A stretch of DNA of 56,801 nucleotides, taken from NCBI GenBank assembly GCA_949065595.1, contig CARSXK010000004.1:1-56801 (forward strand), given 5' to 3'. Origin of the DNA: an uncultured Bacilli bacterium. GTDB taxonomy: Bacteria > Bacillota_I > Bacilli_A > RF39 > UBA660. The first letter of the stretch is position 1. Every line of letters starts with the position of its first letter. Below, piece after piece: positions 34,846 to 44,549 of the stretch. The notes below the pieces were generated by a model. The model was given only the letters and a program-made list of their open reading frames with translations, did not search any database and was not told the DNA's origin. The position numbers were made by a program, and so were the translations under genes.

Positions 34846-36039
34846 ATGAAAGTATTATCAGTAAATGCAGGAAGTTCTACTTTAAAATTTCGTTTGTATG
34901 AAATGCCTGAAGAAAAAGTATTAGCAAAAGGTGCATTTGAACGAATTGGCTTAGATAGTGGAATTTATAGTATTAAAATTAAAGATGAAAAAGTAGAAAA
35001 AACACTTGATATGAGAGATCATGGAGATGCAGTGCAAGCATTATTGAAGGAACTCGTAGAACAACATATGATTGAACGCTTGGATGAGATTGGTGCGGTT
35101 GGGCATCGTGTCGTACATGGTGGTTCTAAATACGCTAAAAGTGTAGTCATTGATGAAGAAGTAATGCGGGAAATTGAATCGATTTCTGATTTGGCACCAT
35201 TACACAATCCAGCCAATCTAATTGGTATTAGAGCGTTTAAAGAAGCAATTCCAAATGCACTTCAAGTCGCTTGTTTCGATACAGCTTTTCATCAAACAAT
35301 GGAAGAAAGAAACTATCTTTATCCAGTCCCATATGAATGGTATACCAAATATGGTGTTCGTAAATATGGATTTCATGGAATGAGTCATAAATTTATTACT
35401 GAAAAGATGAAGTCTATTTTAAAGACAGAAACCCCAAATTTGATTATATGTCATATTGGAAATGGTGCAAGTATTACTGCAGTAAGAGAAGGAAAATGTA
35501 TGGATACTTCTATGGGATTTACGCCAAATGCAGGTATCATGATGGGTACACGGAGTGGCGATATTGATTATACGATGATTCAATATTTGAAAAATAAGAT
35601 GGATTCTAATTATGAAGCAATCGATGGTTTACTCAATAAAGCTAGTGGATTAGAAGGCATTGCTGGTAGAAGTGATTTGAGAGATTTGGACGATGGTTTT
35701 CTTGCCCAAGAACCAGCTGTTATTCTTGCTTTTGCAATGTATACAGACCGAATTGTGGATTATATTGCCAAATATTATGTAAAATTGGATGGACATGTGG
35801 ATGCGATTTGTTTTACAGCAGGTGTTGGTGAAAATGATTCGATTATTCGTGCCGAAGTTCTTAAGAAATTAACTTCTTTAGGAATTCAATTGGATGAGGA
35901 GAAAAACAATGCAACACTTTGTAGAAAAGGTGTGGAAGGGATTATTACGACAGATGCATCTCAAATTCCATGCTATGTACTTGGTACAGATGAAGAGTTG
36001 ATGATTGCAAGAGATACTTATAGTTTTCGCGCAGTATAA
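34846..36039 (+). CDS. ackA: acetate kinase
   Basis: 'VLSVNAGSSTLKF', 'GHRVVHGG', 'FDTAFHQTM', 'GFHGMSH'. Confidence 0.9.
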   Translation: MKVLSVNAGSSTLKFRLYEMPEEKVLAKGAFERIGLDSGIYSIKIKDEKVEKTLDMRDHGDAVQALLKELVEQHMIERLDEIGAVGHRVVHGGSKYAKSVVIDEEVMREIESISDLAPLHNPANLIGIRAFKEAIPNALQVACFDTAFHQTMEERNYLYPVPYEWYTKYGVRKYGFHGMSHKFITEKMKSILKTETPNLIICHIGNGASITAVREGKCMDTSMGFTPNAGIMMGTRSGDIDYTMIQYLKNKMDSNYEAIDGLLNKASGLEGIAGRSDLRDLDDGFLAQEPAVILAFAMYTDRIVDYIAKYYVKLDGHVDAICFTAGVGENDSIIRAEVLKKLTSLGIQLDEEKNNATLCRKGVEGIITTDASQIPCYVLGTDEELMIARDTYSFRAV

Positions 36040-36118
36040 GGGACAGATTTCTGTTCTTTTTCTTTGATTTCTTATGATTTATATAGTATAATGAGAATGG
36101 TAGAAAGAAGGATAAATC

Positions 36119-37300
36119 ATGAAAATTATGTCAATTAACGCAGGAAGTAGTTCATTAAAATTTAGCTTATTTGATATGGAACATTCTACTTGCATTGCCA
36201 GTGGTTATTTTGAAAGGGTTACTTTATCTAATAGTTTTTATACCATTAAATATAATGGTGAAAAAATAAGAGAAGAAATCGATATGCCAACCCATAAATT
36301 AGCCGTTGAAATATTGTTAGAAAGACTTGTTTCATTACATATCATTACTTCTTTAGATGAAATTGGAGGGGTAGGACATCGATTGGCGCATGGAATGGAT
36401 CGGTACAAACATTCTGTTCTTATCACAGATGAAGTGATTCAAAATTTAAAAAGTTATATTCCGCTTGCTCCCCTACATCTTCCAGCTCATATTTTGGGAA
36501 TTGAAGTTATGAAAGAAGTATTACCAAATATTCCTATGGTAGGTGTTTTTGATACAGCTTTCCATCAAACAATCAATCAAACGAAGTATCTTTATCCAGT
36601 CCCATATGAATGGTATACTAAATATGGTGTTCGCAAATATGGGTTTCATGGAACTAGTTATTGTTTTATTAGTAAACAAATTCCAAGATTACTTGGGAAA
36701 CAAGAATACAAGGCCATTATTTGTCATTTAGGAAGTGGTGGTTCGCTTGCGCTTGTTCAAAATGGAAAATGTTTGGATACCACGATGGGATTTACCCCTC
36801 TTGCAGGTATTATGATGGGCACACGAAGTGGTGATATTGATCCTTCTATTATTGCTTATATGGTAGAGCAAACAGGAAAATCGATAGATGAAATTATGAA
36901 GGATTTGAATCAACATTCTGGTTTTCTAGGTTTGAGTCAAAAATTTAGTGACTTTAGAGATATTTATGAGGGTGTAAAAGCTGGTGATGCGGATTGTATT
37001 TTGGCGTTTGATAAATATGTAGATACGGTTGTCAAATATATTGCGGAATACTATGTGGAAGCCAGTGGTGTAGATGCAATTTGTTTTACAGCTGGACTTG
37101 GTGAAAATGCGGTTGCGGCCAGAGCAGCAATCATAGAAAGATTAGCATGTTTGGGTATTTATTTAGACCATGATGCGAATCAAATAACAAAAGAGGAAGT
37201 TTGCATTAGTTCGGCGCATTCTCAAGTTTCTGTTTATGTCATTCCTACCAATGAGGAATTGATGATTGCAGAGGATACATTAGAAATCATTGGTGGTTAA
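36119..37300 (+). CDS. acetate/propionate kinase paralog
   Basis: 'IMSINAGSSSLKF', 'GHRLAHG', 'FDTAFHQTI', 'GFHGTSY'. Sits in tandem with ackA. Confidence 0.85.
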   Translation: MKIMSINAGSSSLKFSLFDMEHSTCIASGYFERVTLSNSFYTIKYNGEKIREEIDMPTHKLAVEILLERLVSLHIITSLDEIGGVGHRLAHGMDRYKHSVLITDEVIQNLKSYIPLAPLHLPAHILGIEVMKEVLPNIPMVGVFDTAFHQTINQTKYLYPVPYEWYTKYGVRKYGFHGTSYCFISKQIPRLLGKQEYKAIICHLGSGGSLALVQNGKCLDTTMGFTPLAGIMMGTRSGDIDPSIIAYMVEQTGKSIDEIMKDLNQHSGFLGLSQKFSDFRDIYEGVKAGDADCILAFDKYVDTVVKYIAEYYVEASGVDAICFTAGLGENAVAARAAIIERLACLGIYLDHDANQITKEEVCISSAHSQVSVYVIPTNEELMIAEDTLEIIGG

Positions 37301-37301
37301 T

Positions 37302-38267
37302 ATGACCAATCGTTTACTCAAAAAAATATATCATCAAATTAAGAAATATGATACCATTGTTATTGCACGTCATGTTGGACCAGATCCAGATGCAGTAGGA
37401 AGTTCGATGGCTCTTAAGGAAATTATTTTAAATACATTTCCACATAAAAAGGTATATGTGGTAGGTTGTCCTGTGAGTAAGTTTCGGTATATGGGAATGC
37501 ATGATAAACTGACAGAGGATATGTATCACAAATCATTGTTAATTATAACAGATACACCAGACCAAAAAAGAGTAGATGGTGTAGATACCACTCTTTTTTC
37601 TTATAAAATTAAAATTGATCATCATCCATTCATTGAGCAATTTGCCGATATTGAATGGATGGATGAGAATGCTTCTAGTGCTTCACAAATGATTATGGAA
37701 CTTACTTTTTCTACACCTTTAAAAATGAGCAAATCGGCAGCTGAAAAATTGTATATTGGATTAGTAGCCGATACCAATCGTTTTCTTTTCTATTATACTA
37801 CTTCAAAAACATTTGCTCTGGTGTCTAGGTTAATCAAAGAAACCAAAATTGATTTTCCAAAATTATATGAAAATTTATATATCAGACCCTACAAAGAAAT
37901 CAAATTTGAAGGATATATTACCAATCATTTGACCATAACAGAAAATGGTTTGGCTTATATTAAGGTAACAGATGATATTCTAAAAGAATATGATGTAGAT
38001 GCTGCTACTTCTGGAAACATGGTCAATGAGTTTAATTACATTGATGAAATGCTTGCCTGGGCCATTTTTACTGTAGATAGGAATCATGAAAACATCAGGG
38101 GCTCTATTCGTTCTAGAGGACCTGTGATTAATGAAGTTGCAAGCCGCTATGGTGGTGGTGGTCATATTTATGCGAGTGGTGTTCGTTTAAAGACATTTGA
38201 TGAAGTAGATGCTTTGATTCAGGATTTGGATAATGTTTGCAAGGAATATCAAAAAAACATGGAATAA
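37302..38267 (+). CDS. nrnA: DHH/DHHA1 phosphoesterase (NrnA-like oligoribonuclease/pAp phosphatase)
   Basis: 'ARHVGPDPDAVGS', 'DHHP', 'GGGGHIYASG'. Confidence 0.8.
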   Translation: MTNRLLKKIYHQIKKYDTIVIARHVGPDPDAVGSSMALKEIILNTFPHKKVYVVGCPVSKFRYMGMHDKLTEDMYHKSLLIITDTPDQKRVDGVDTTLFSYKIKIDHHPFIEQFADIEWMDENASSASQMIMELTFSTPLKMSKSAAEKLYIGLVADTNRFLFYYTTSKTFALVSRLIKETKIDFPKLYENLYIRPYKEIKFEGYITNHLTITENGLAYIKVTDDILKEYDVDAATSGNMVNEFNYIDEMLAWAIFTVDRNHENIRGSIRSRGPVINEVASRYGGGGHIYASGVRLKTFDEVDALIQDLDNVCKEYQKNME

Positions 38268-38358
38268 TATGGATCGAGTGTGATGTTTCATTTTGGAAGA
38301 ACAAAAGCAAAAATGAGTCAAATATTATAAAAAAATACGAGTGTTTTACTCGTATTTT

Positions 38359-38805
38359 CTATAGATATTCTTTTAGTAATTCAATATTTTCTTCTTGAAA
38401 TTTTAAAAGAGATTTTGCAAGTTTATGGATATCTTTGTTTACTTCACCTTCAAAATGATCTAATCTTTTTTGAATATCAATGATACCCATTGTCATTCCC
38501 CGAATGAGTAAATCAGCAATTTTACTGTCGCTATTATCTTTGGCAACCTCTATTTGCATAGAAATATCAGCCATAAGAGAAGCGAGTATTCCTTTTGTTT
38601 TTGTTTCTGCTTTATTTTTCTTGATTAATTTTTCACTTTCTTTGTAAAACTTCTCATATTCTTTTAATTCTGATTCAAGTAATTTTTTAATTTTATTGTC
38701 TTTTTCTTTTAATAATTTCAGTAACTTTTCACTTGATTTCATCCCCATATCAGCACAAGCATATACGTATTGTAGTAATTCTAAACTTTCATCCATGTCA
38801 TCCAT
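38359..38805 (-). CDS. hypothetical all-helical protein
   Basis: Lys/Glu-rich helical sequence. A bidirectional terminator lies downstream. No motif recognised. Confidence 0.45.
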   Translation of the reverse strand: MDDMDESLELLQYVYACADMGMKSSEKLLKLLKEKDNKIKKLLESELKEYEKFYKESEKLIKKNKAETKTKGILASLMADISMQIEVAKDNSDSKIADLLIRGMTMGIIDIQKRLDHFEGEVNKDIHKLAKSLLKFQEENIELLKEYL

Positions 38806-38846
38806 TCCTTTCGTTTTTAGTATGGATGAAAAGCTTATTTTGATAC

Positions 38847-39239
38847 TTATAGATTTGGATTGGATATTCCAGAAATAATACTATATTGTTCTCCCTGACT
38901 TTTGATGACCACATATAATACAATGAGTGTTGAAACCAATGAAATTTCAGATGCGATAACTTGTAAATCAAAGTTTTCTAGTTTTTCTCCTTTGATTTTT
39001 GCAAGTTCTCTGGTTTTATAACTTGCATATAGAAAAATCAATGTCAAAATTACTACTAAAAATCGATTAAAAATAGAAAGGTTTCGATTTTGTTTTTCTG
39101 TAAATATTTTATTCAAATTTAACACATTCATTTTATCATTATAAGTTAGAAAAATGGAAATGATTAAACTGCCAATATAAACAATGGTTGCGATTAACTG
39201 TAGATCTAGTAATTGTGCCTCATTTTTTTGGGTATTCAT
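38847..39239 (-). CDS. hypothetical membrane protein
   Basis: Three predicted TM helices. Confidence 0.4.
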   Translation of the reverse strand: MNTQKNEAQLLDLQLIATIVYIGSLIISIFLTYNDKMNVLNLNKIFTEKQNRNLSIFNRFLVVILTLIFLYASYKTRELAKIKGEKLENFDLQVIASEISLVSTLIVLYVVIKSQGEQYSIISGISNPNL

Positions 39240-39338
39240 ATTTCATGATATGAGCTTAATATATAAATTAGAATTTATTCAATGAAATTATTTATTTTTT
39301 TGTTCTATAATATTATAATGTAAACGGGAGGTTTCTTT

Positions 39339-40409
39339 ATGACCAATGATGGTATCATATATAAAAAGTGGACAAATTGTGTTTTATCTTTGTCGTGCTT
39401 TTTTGTTACGTTTGTTTTATTAAAAGAACTATTTTCTTTTGCATATTTTGAAATAAATCATGTATATACGAATACTTGTTTTTCATCTCTTTTTTTAAAA
39501 ATCGTATTACCTACTTTGCTTAATTTATTGATACTTTATATAGGACATTGGTTTATTCATAAAAAGAAATTAGATACACCCATGGCACCTTTAATGGTTA
39601 TGGTCTGTTTAAATATTAATTATATTGTATTTCATTATGATTCACCTATTTGTATTTTGGTTTTTCTTTTTCCGATTTTGTTAACGATATTTTATGCTGA
39701 TCGTACGATTATGAAGTATACAATGGTCCTTTGTATTGTGATGTGTACTTTTATTGTATGGATATTACTATATATTAATCATAATATTGGCTATGATTAT
39801 CTTGAAACTCTATTTGGTTCATGTATGTTTTTAATGATATTGGCTATTGGATGTATGTTAATGACCTATTTAGAAGAAGAAAAAAGAAATTTATTAATTA
39901 CCTCTATGCAAGAAAGAGATTATTATTATGATAGGGCAAATTTAGATGGACTTACCAAGTGCCACAATCGTGCTTCTTATGAAAAAACAGTCGCAGAAAA
40001 AGTGGAAAATTGTAATCATTTATTATTGGCAATTATTGATATTGATTACTTTAAAAATGTAAATGATTCATTTGGTCATACAGTTGGAGATGCTGTGTTA
40101 GTTCAATTATCAACTTTACTAAATCAAATAAGTAGTGAAACAGTCTATGTAAGTCGTTATGGAGGCGAAGAGTTCGTAATTTTATTTTCTAACCATTCAT
40201 TGAAACAAGCGGAAAAAATAATTGATGATATAAAAAGGAAACTATCGCAGTGTGTTTTTCATGAAATGGGAAATCAAAGAATTACATTTAGTTGTGGAAT
40301 CGCATCCAAAAAAGTAGATGATACTACCATTACATTGTTTAATCGAGCAGATGAGGCCTTATATGAAGCAAAAAATACAGGAAAAAACAAAATTGTAATA
40401 TATTCTTAA
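39339..40409 (+). CDS. membrane-bound diguanylate cyclase (GGDEF)
   Basis: About 6 TM helices, then 'DIDYFKNVNDSFGH' and 'RYGGEEF'. Confidence 0.85.
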   Translation: MTNDGIIYKKWTNCVLSLSCFFVTFVLLKELFSFAYFEINHVYTNTCFSSLFLKIVLPTLLNLLILYIGHWFIHKKKLDTPMAPLMVMVCLNINYIVFHYDSPICILVFLFPILLTIFYADRTIMKYTMVLCIVMCTFIVWILLYINHNIGYDYLETLFGSCMFLMILAIGCMLMTYLEEEKRNLLITSMQERDYYYDRANLDGLTKCHNRASYEKTVAEKVENCNHLLLAIIDIDYFKNVNDSFGHTVGDAVLVQLSTLLNQISSETVYVSRYGGEEFVILFSNHSLKQAEKIIDDIKRKLSQCVFHEMGNQRITFSCGIASKKVDDTTITLFNRADEALYEAKNTGKNKIVIYS

Positions 40410-40419
40410 AAAGATTTCT

Positions 40420-41706
40420 TTACTTCATTTGTGATCTTAATAATTCAATCTCTTTTAATTCGCTCACTGTCACAAATTCAAATCCCTGCTGTTGTAATGT
40501 AGGGATTATTTTTTTGAGTGCTTCAACTGTTCTTTTATGGGTATCATGCATTAGAATAATATCCAAATCTTTTGTTTTTTCAGTTGCTTCTTTTACGATC
40601 CGCTCTATTGATTTGTATTTCCAATCGCTAGTATCTACTGTCCACATAACAATATCGAGTGATAATTGCTGTTTTAACTTTTGGCTAATAGAACCATATG
40701 TAGGGCGGATTAAGGTTGGTATAAAGCCTGTATTTGCTTGAATAATGTCTTGTGTTTTAGAAATTTGTTCTTTTAAATCTTCTTCTGTTAATTTGGTTAA
40801 CCATTTATGGTTATAGGAATGGTTACCAATTTCATTTCCATAGGAAACCATCTTTTGCATAGTATCTTTATATATTTCCACCTTATTACCAATGACAAAA
40901 AATGTTCCACAAGCATCATTTTCTTTTAAAATTTCTAAAATTTCATCTGTGTATTTACTTGGCCCATCATCAAATGTTAGTGCAACAACTTTTCGCTTTG
41001 GATCTATGATTTTATTTGGCGTAGATAGTTTAACTGTAGTATCGAGTTTAACTTCTGGCTGAATAGGGAGTTTCAATTGTAGGGAATCCAAAGGAATATC
41101 GATTTGTAAAATATCACAGTAAGAGGCTGCAATTTGGGCTGGATTAAAGTAGATGGTTAAGAGTTCATGGTCAAAGGTGAATAAGGGATATTCATATTGT
41201 TCGGTAATGGTTGCTTTGAGTTCATCCAATAAGATGCAATCATTATATTTTTGGAATAATTTAGTTTTCGTGAGACCGACAAATTTTGGAAAATCTTGAT
41301 CTTGAATCAAATCATGAATATTTAGTAGCTTGTTTTGTTTTTGATCGAATACATAACTTTTCATATAACTTTCTGGATTGGCAAGCGTAGAGTTATTAAT
41401 AAAGATATGGAGTGTAATATTGATATAGCGGTTATTTATGATTTCATAGGTATAATCAATATTCAATTCTGATTGTTCTTGTACATTTTGAAACTGATTA
41501 TATTCTTTTTTAAAATGATTATAAATTTCTTCTATCTCTTTTTGAATGAGGTTATCGAGCTTTTGGACGGAGGTTACAGGATAGTTAATTCCGATTAGCA
41601 TGTTTTTTTCTTCTTCAATAATGGTATCAATTCCTTTGGCTTTTTTTTGCGAAGTACAACCTGTTATGAGTAATAAACAAAGAATTAAGAAAAAATATTT
41701 TTTCAT
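40420..41706 (-). CDS. polysaccharide deacetylase lipoprotein (PdaC-like)
   Basis: Lipobox 'LITGC' and NodB motifs 'ALTFDDGP' and 'GNHSYNH'. Confidence 0.8.
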   Translation of the reverse strand: MKKYFFLILCLLLITGCTSQKKAKGIDTIIEEEKNMLIGINYPVTSVQKLDNLIQKEIEEIYNHFKKEYNQFQNVQEQSELNIDYTYEIINNRYINITLHIFINNSTLANPESYMKSYVFDQKQNKLLNIHDLIQDQDFPKFVGLTKTKLFQKYNDCILLDELKATITEQYEYPLFTFDHELLTIYFNPAQIAASYCDILQIDIPLDSLQLKLPIQPEVKLDTTVKLSTPNKIIDPKRKVVALTFDDGPSKYTDEILEILKENDACGTFFVIGNKVEIYKDTMQKMVSYGNEIGNHSYNHKWLTKLTEEDLKEQISKTQDIIQANTGFIPTLIRPTYGSISQKLKQQLSLDIVMWTVDTSDWKYKSIERIVKEATEKTKDLDIILMHDTHKRTVEALKKIIPTLQQQGFEFVTVSELKEIELLRSQMK

Positions 41707-41808
41707 TTTCTCACCTATATCAATATATTCAGGTCATATGGATAACATACGGGTGTTTTATCATTGCTTCTTTTGTTGTCTAATCATATGATAGGATAGG
41801 GTGATTCT

Positions 41809-42147
41809 ATGTATGTAATTCCAGAAAGTTTGTTACAGATTTTATTTGTAAGTATGGTATTTAGTGTTGTTTTAATGTCGTTGATTCAGAAATTAAAGAC
41901 ATTTACATTGATTCAGAAGAAATGGCATATTTGGATATTGAATCTGATATTTTCTTTTGTATTAGGAATTCCGTTTGGTATGACTTTTTATGATTTATCG
42001 ATACTAGATAGTACATGGGTAGGCGTATTTAGTTTTATTGGTGCTTCTACCATTTATGATCAATTAGAAAAGTATCGTCCAGTATCTTTGACTGATGTGA
42101 ATGTAAAATTAGAAAAAGAAAAATCAGATTTGGAAACAGAAGGATAA
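41809..42147 (+). CDS. small membrane protein, hypothetical
   Basis: Three hydrophobic helices. Confidence 0.4.
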   Translation: MYVIPESLLQILFVSMVFSVVLMSLIQKLKTFTLIQKKWHIWILNLIFSFVLGIPFGMTFYDLSILDSTWVGVFSFIGASTIYDQLEKYRPVSLTDVNVKLEKEKSDLETEG

Positions 42148-42255
42148 TTTGCTTATTTTCGAAAGAAAATACGTAAATCTATTGATTTTGTTATTGAAAA
42201 ATGTTATCCTGTAAATGTAAGCAAGATAGCTTATTAAAATGAGGAGGTAAATATT

Positions 42256-42528
42256 ATGTCAAGAGCAGAATTAGTAAATTGTATGGCAGAAGAAGCAGGG
42301 ATAACAAAAGCTGATGCGACTCGTGCTTTAGATGCTATGCAAAAATGTGTAGAAAAAGGATTAAAAGAAAGTGGTAAAGTGACTTTAACTGGTTTTTGTA
42401 CTTTCACTGTTAAGAACAAACCAGCTACTACTGGACGCAATCCTAAAACAGGGGAAACTGTTCAAATTGCTGCAAAAAATGCTGTTACAATCAAAGCAGG
42501 TTCTAAATTAAAAGATGCTTTAAACTAA
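42256..42528 (+). CDS. hup: DNA-binding protein HU
   Basis: 'GFCTFTVKNKPATTGRNPKTGETVQIAAKN' is the canonical HU arm. Confidence 0.95.
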   Translation: MSRAELVNCMAEEAGITKADATRALDAMQKCVEKGLKESGKVTLTGFCTFTVKNKPATTGRNPKTGETVQIAAKNAVTIKAGSKLKDALN

Positions 42529-42553
42529 GAAACTGAAAAGTTTCTTTTTTTTT
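42529..42553 (+). terminator. intrinsic terminator of hup
   Basis: GAAACT-GAAA-AGTTTC stem-loop followed by T9. Confidence 0.8.
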
Positions 42554-42588
42554 CAGTTGATTCATAGTACAATATAGGTGGTGATGTT

Positions 42589-43239
42589 ATGTATGAAGTA
42601 GCGCTTTCTTTACTTCAAAAAATCAAGACACTTGGGTATGAAGCCTACATTGTTGGTGGATATCCAAGAGATGCATATTTAGGTCTTTTGAGTACTGATA
42701 TTGATATTTGTACTTCTATGCGACCTATCCAAATTTTAAAAAGTTTTTTGGTATTAGAAGATCGAAGTCAATATGGTTCTTTTATCATTGAAGAAAAGGG
42801 TTTTTTATTTGAAATAACCACTTATCGGAAAGACTACTATCATAATAATAGGTATCCTGAAATTCAATACGTGGATACTTTAAAAGAAGATTTATATAGA
42901 AGAGATTTTACGATGAATACTCTATGTATTAACCAAAACGGAGAATATATTGACTTATTAGGGGCAATACAAGATATACAGAATAAGAGTATTCGAATGA
43001 TTGGAAATCCAAATGTGAGGTTAAAAGAAGATCCACTTCGCATATTGCGTGCAATCCGTTTTGCGGTAAATCTCAATTTTGAAATAGAAAAAAGTTTATA
43101 TGAAAGTATAAAGCAGAATAAGGAATTGCTACATAAGATATCTACTTCTAGAATGCAAAAAGAACTTGCTAAAGTACACAATCAAAAGAAATGGAATGAA
43201 TGGATAGAATTACTTGATTTAGATGTCCATTTGTCGTAA
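42589..43239 (+). CDS. short (216 aa) tRNA nucleotidyltransferase/poly(A) polymerase-family protein (head/neck only)
   Basis: 'VGGYPRD' and 'DIDI' catalytic motifs and 'RDFTMN'. Lacks the roughly 180-aa body/tail of full-length CCA-adding enzymes. Confidence 0.7.
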   Translation: MYEVALSLLQKIKTLGYEAYIVGGYPRDAYLGLLSTDIDICTSMRPIQILKSFLVLEDRSQYGSFIIEEKGFLFEITTYRKDYYHNNRYPEIQYVDTLKEDLYRRDFTMNTLCINQNGEYIDLLGAIQDIQNKSIRMIGNPNVRLKEDPLRILRAIRFAVNLNFEIEKSLYESIKQNKELLHKISTSRMQKELAKVHNQKKWNEWIELLDLDVHLS

Positions 43240-43268
43240 AATAATAGCTATGAATTAGGGTGGTCTTT

Positions 43269-43916
43269 ATGATGGAAAAAGTAATCAATTTGTTGAAAGA
43301 AAATACTATGCAAATTCCTAAATTGTTACTTCTCAATTACAAAAAATTTGGGTGCAACGAGAAAGATTTAATTGTTTTGATTTATATATATAATGAAAAA
43401 GATATAAGCTTTAATCCTAAAAGAATAAGTGATGCGCTTAATATTACATTACCAGAAGTTTTGGAAGCAATTGATCATCTTTCTAGTAGTGGATTGTTAA
43501 TGATTCAACTGAAGAAAATAGGTAGTATTCGCGAAGAGCAAATTACGTTGGATGGATTATATGAAAAGATGGCTTATTTGGTATTAAATGAAGATGAGAA
43601 AGAATATAAAACCAAAACGATTTATGATTTGTTTGAACAAGAATTCGGAAGAACGTTATCGCCTATGGAATACGAAATTATTGGTGGATGGCGTGATGCG
43701 GGTTTTGAGCAGGATGTCATTGTACTGGCTTTAAAAGAGGCAACCTATAATGGGGTATCCAACCTTCGTTATATTGATAAAATATTGTATGAATGGAAGA
43801 AAAAAGGAATTCATACCAAAGAAGATTTGGAGAAAGATAGGGCTTCATATCAAACAAAAAAAATAGAAAAAAAAGAATTATTTGATTATGATTGGTTGAA
43901 TGATAATGATGAATGA
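43269..43916 (+). CDS. dnaD: DnaD-domain replication initiation protein
   Basis: 'FEQEFGRTLSPMEYEIIGGW' and 'NLRYIDKILYEWKKKG'. Classic dnaD-nth synteny. Confidence 0.8.
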   Translation: MMEKVINLLKENTMQIPKLLLLNYKKFGCNEKDLIVLIYIYNEKDISFNPKRISDALNITLPEVLEAIDHLSSSGLLMIQLKKIGSIREEQITLDGLYEKMAYLVLNEDEKEYKTKTIYDLFEQEFGRTLSPMEYEIIGGWRDAGFEQDVIVLALKEATYNGVSNLRYIDKILYEWKKKGIHTKEDLEKDRASYQTKKIEKKELFDYDWLNDNDE

Positions 43917-44535
43917 AGTAATGGAGTATTTGGATAGGTTAATCCCCAATCCTGTATGTGAATTGGTGTTTCATAAGGATTATGAGTTATTAATAGCTGT
44001 TATGTTGAGTGCTCAAACAACAGACAAAAGAGTCAATATGGTAACACCTGTATTGTTTGAACGTTATCCTGATTTAGAAGCACTTAGTAAAGCAAGACTA
44101 GAAGATGTGAAACAAATAATTCAATCGATTGGTACGTATCATAAAAAAGCGAGTAATGTCATTTCTATCGCTCAATCTTTGTTGCGGGAACAAGATGGAA
44201 AGATACCCAATGATCGTGCGTATTTGGAAAGTTTACCTGGTGTTGGAAGAAAAACAACAAATGTTGTTTTGAGTATTTTATATAATGAACCTTGTATTGC
44301 TGTTGATACACATGTGTCAAGAGTAAGTAAGCGTTTGGGTTTTGCGAAAGAAAATGATGATGTTCTTGTCATCGAAAAAAAGTTAACCAAAAAAATTCCA
44401 AAAGATTCTTTGAATAGAATGCATCATCAATTGGTTTTATTTGGGAGGTATTATTGTAAGTCATTAAATCCTTCTTGTGATAGTTGTCAATTACAAGGAA
44501 TGTGTCGGTTTTTTTCTCAAAAGCAAAAAAGATAG
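43900..44535 (+). CDS. nth: endonuclease III
   Basis: 'LSAQTTD', HhH 'LPGVGRKTTNVVL', Fe-S 'CKSLNPSCDSCQLQGMC'. Confidence 0.9.
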   Translation: MIMMNEVMEYLDRLIPNPVCELVFHKDYELLIAVMLSAQTTDKRVNMVTPVLFERYPDLEALSKARLEDVKQIIQSIGTYHKKASNVISIAQSLLREQDGKIPNDRAYLESLPGVGRKTTNVVLSILYNEPCIAVDTHVSRVSKRLGFAKENDDVLVIEKKLTKKIPKDSLNRMHHQLVLFGRYYCKSLNPSCDSCQLQGMCRFFSQKQKR

Positions 44536-44549
44536 TTGAACTATCTTTT

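Noticed and set aside
41600-41791. 63-aa plus-strand ORF overlapping the 5' end of the PdaC-like lipoprotein gene.
   Set aside because: It is antisense to a well-supported CDS and its promoter region.
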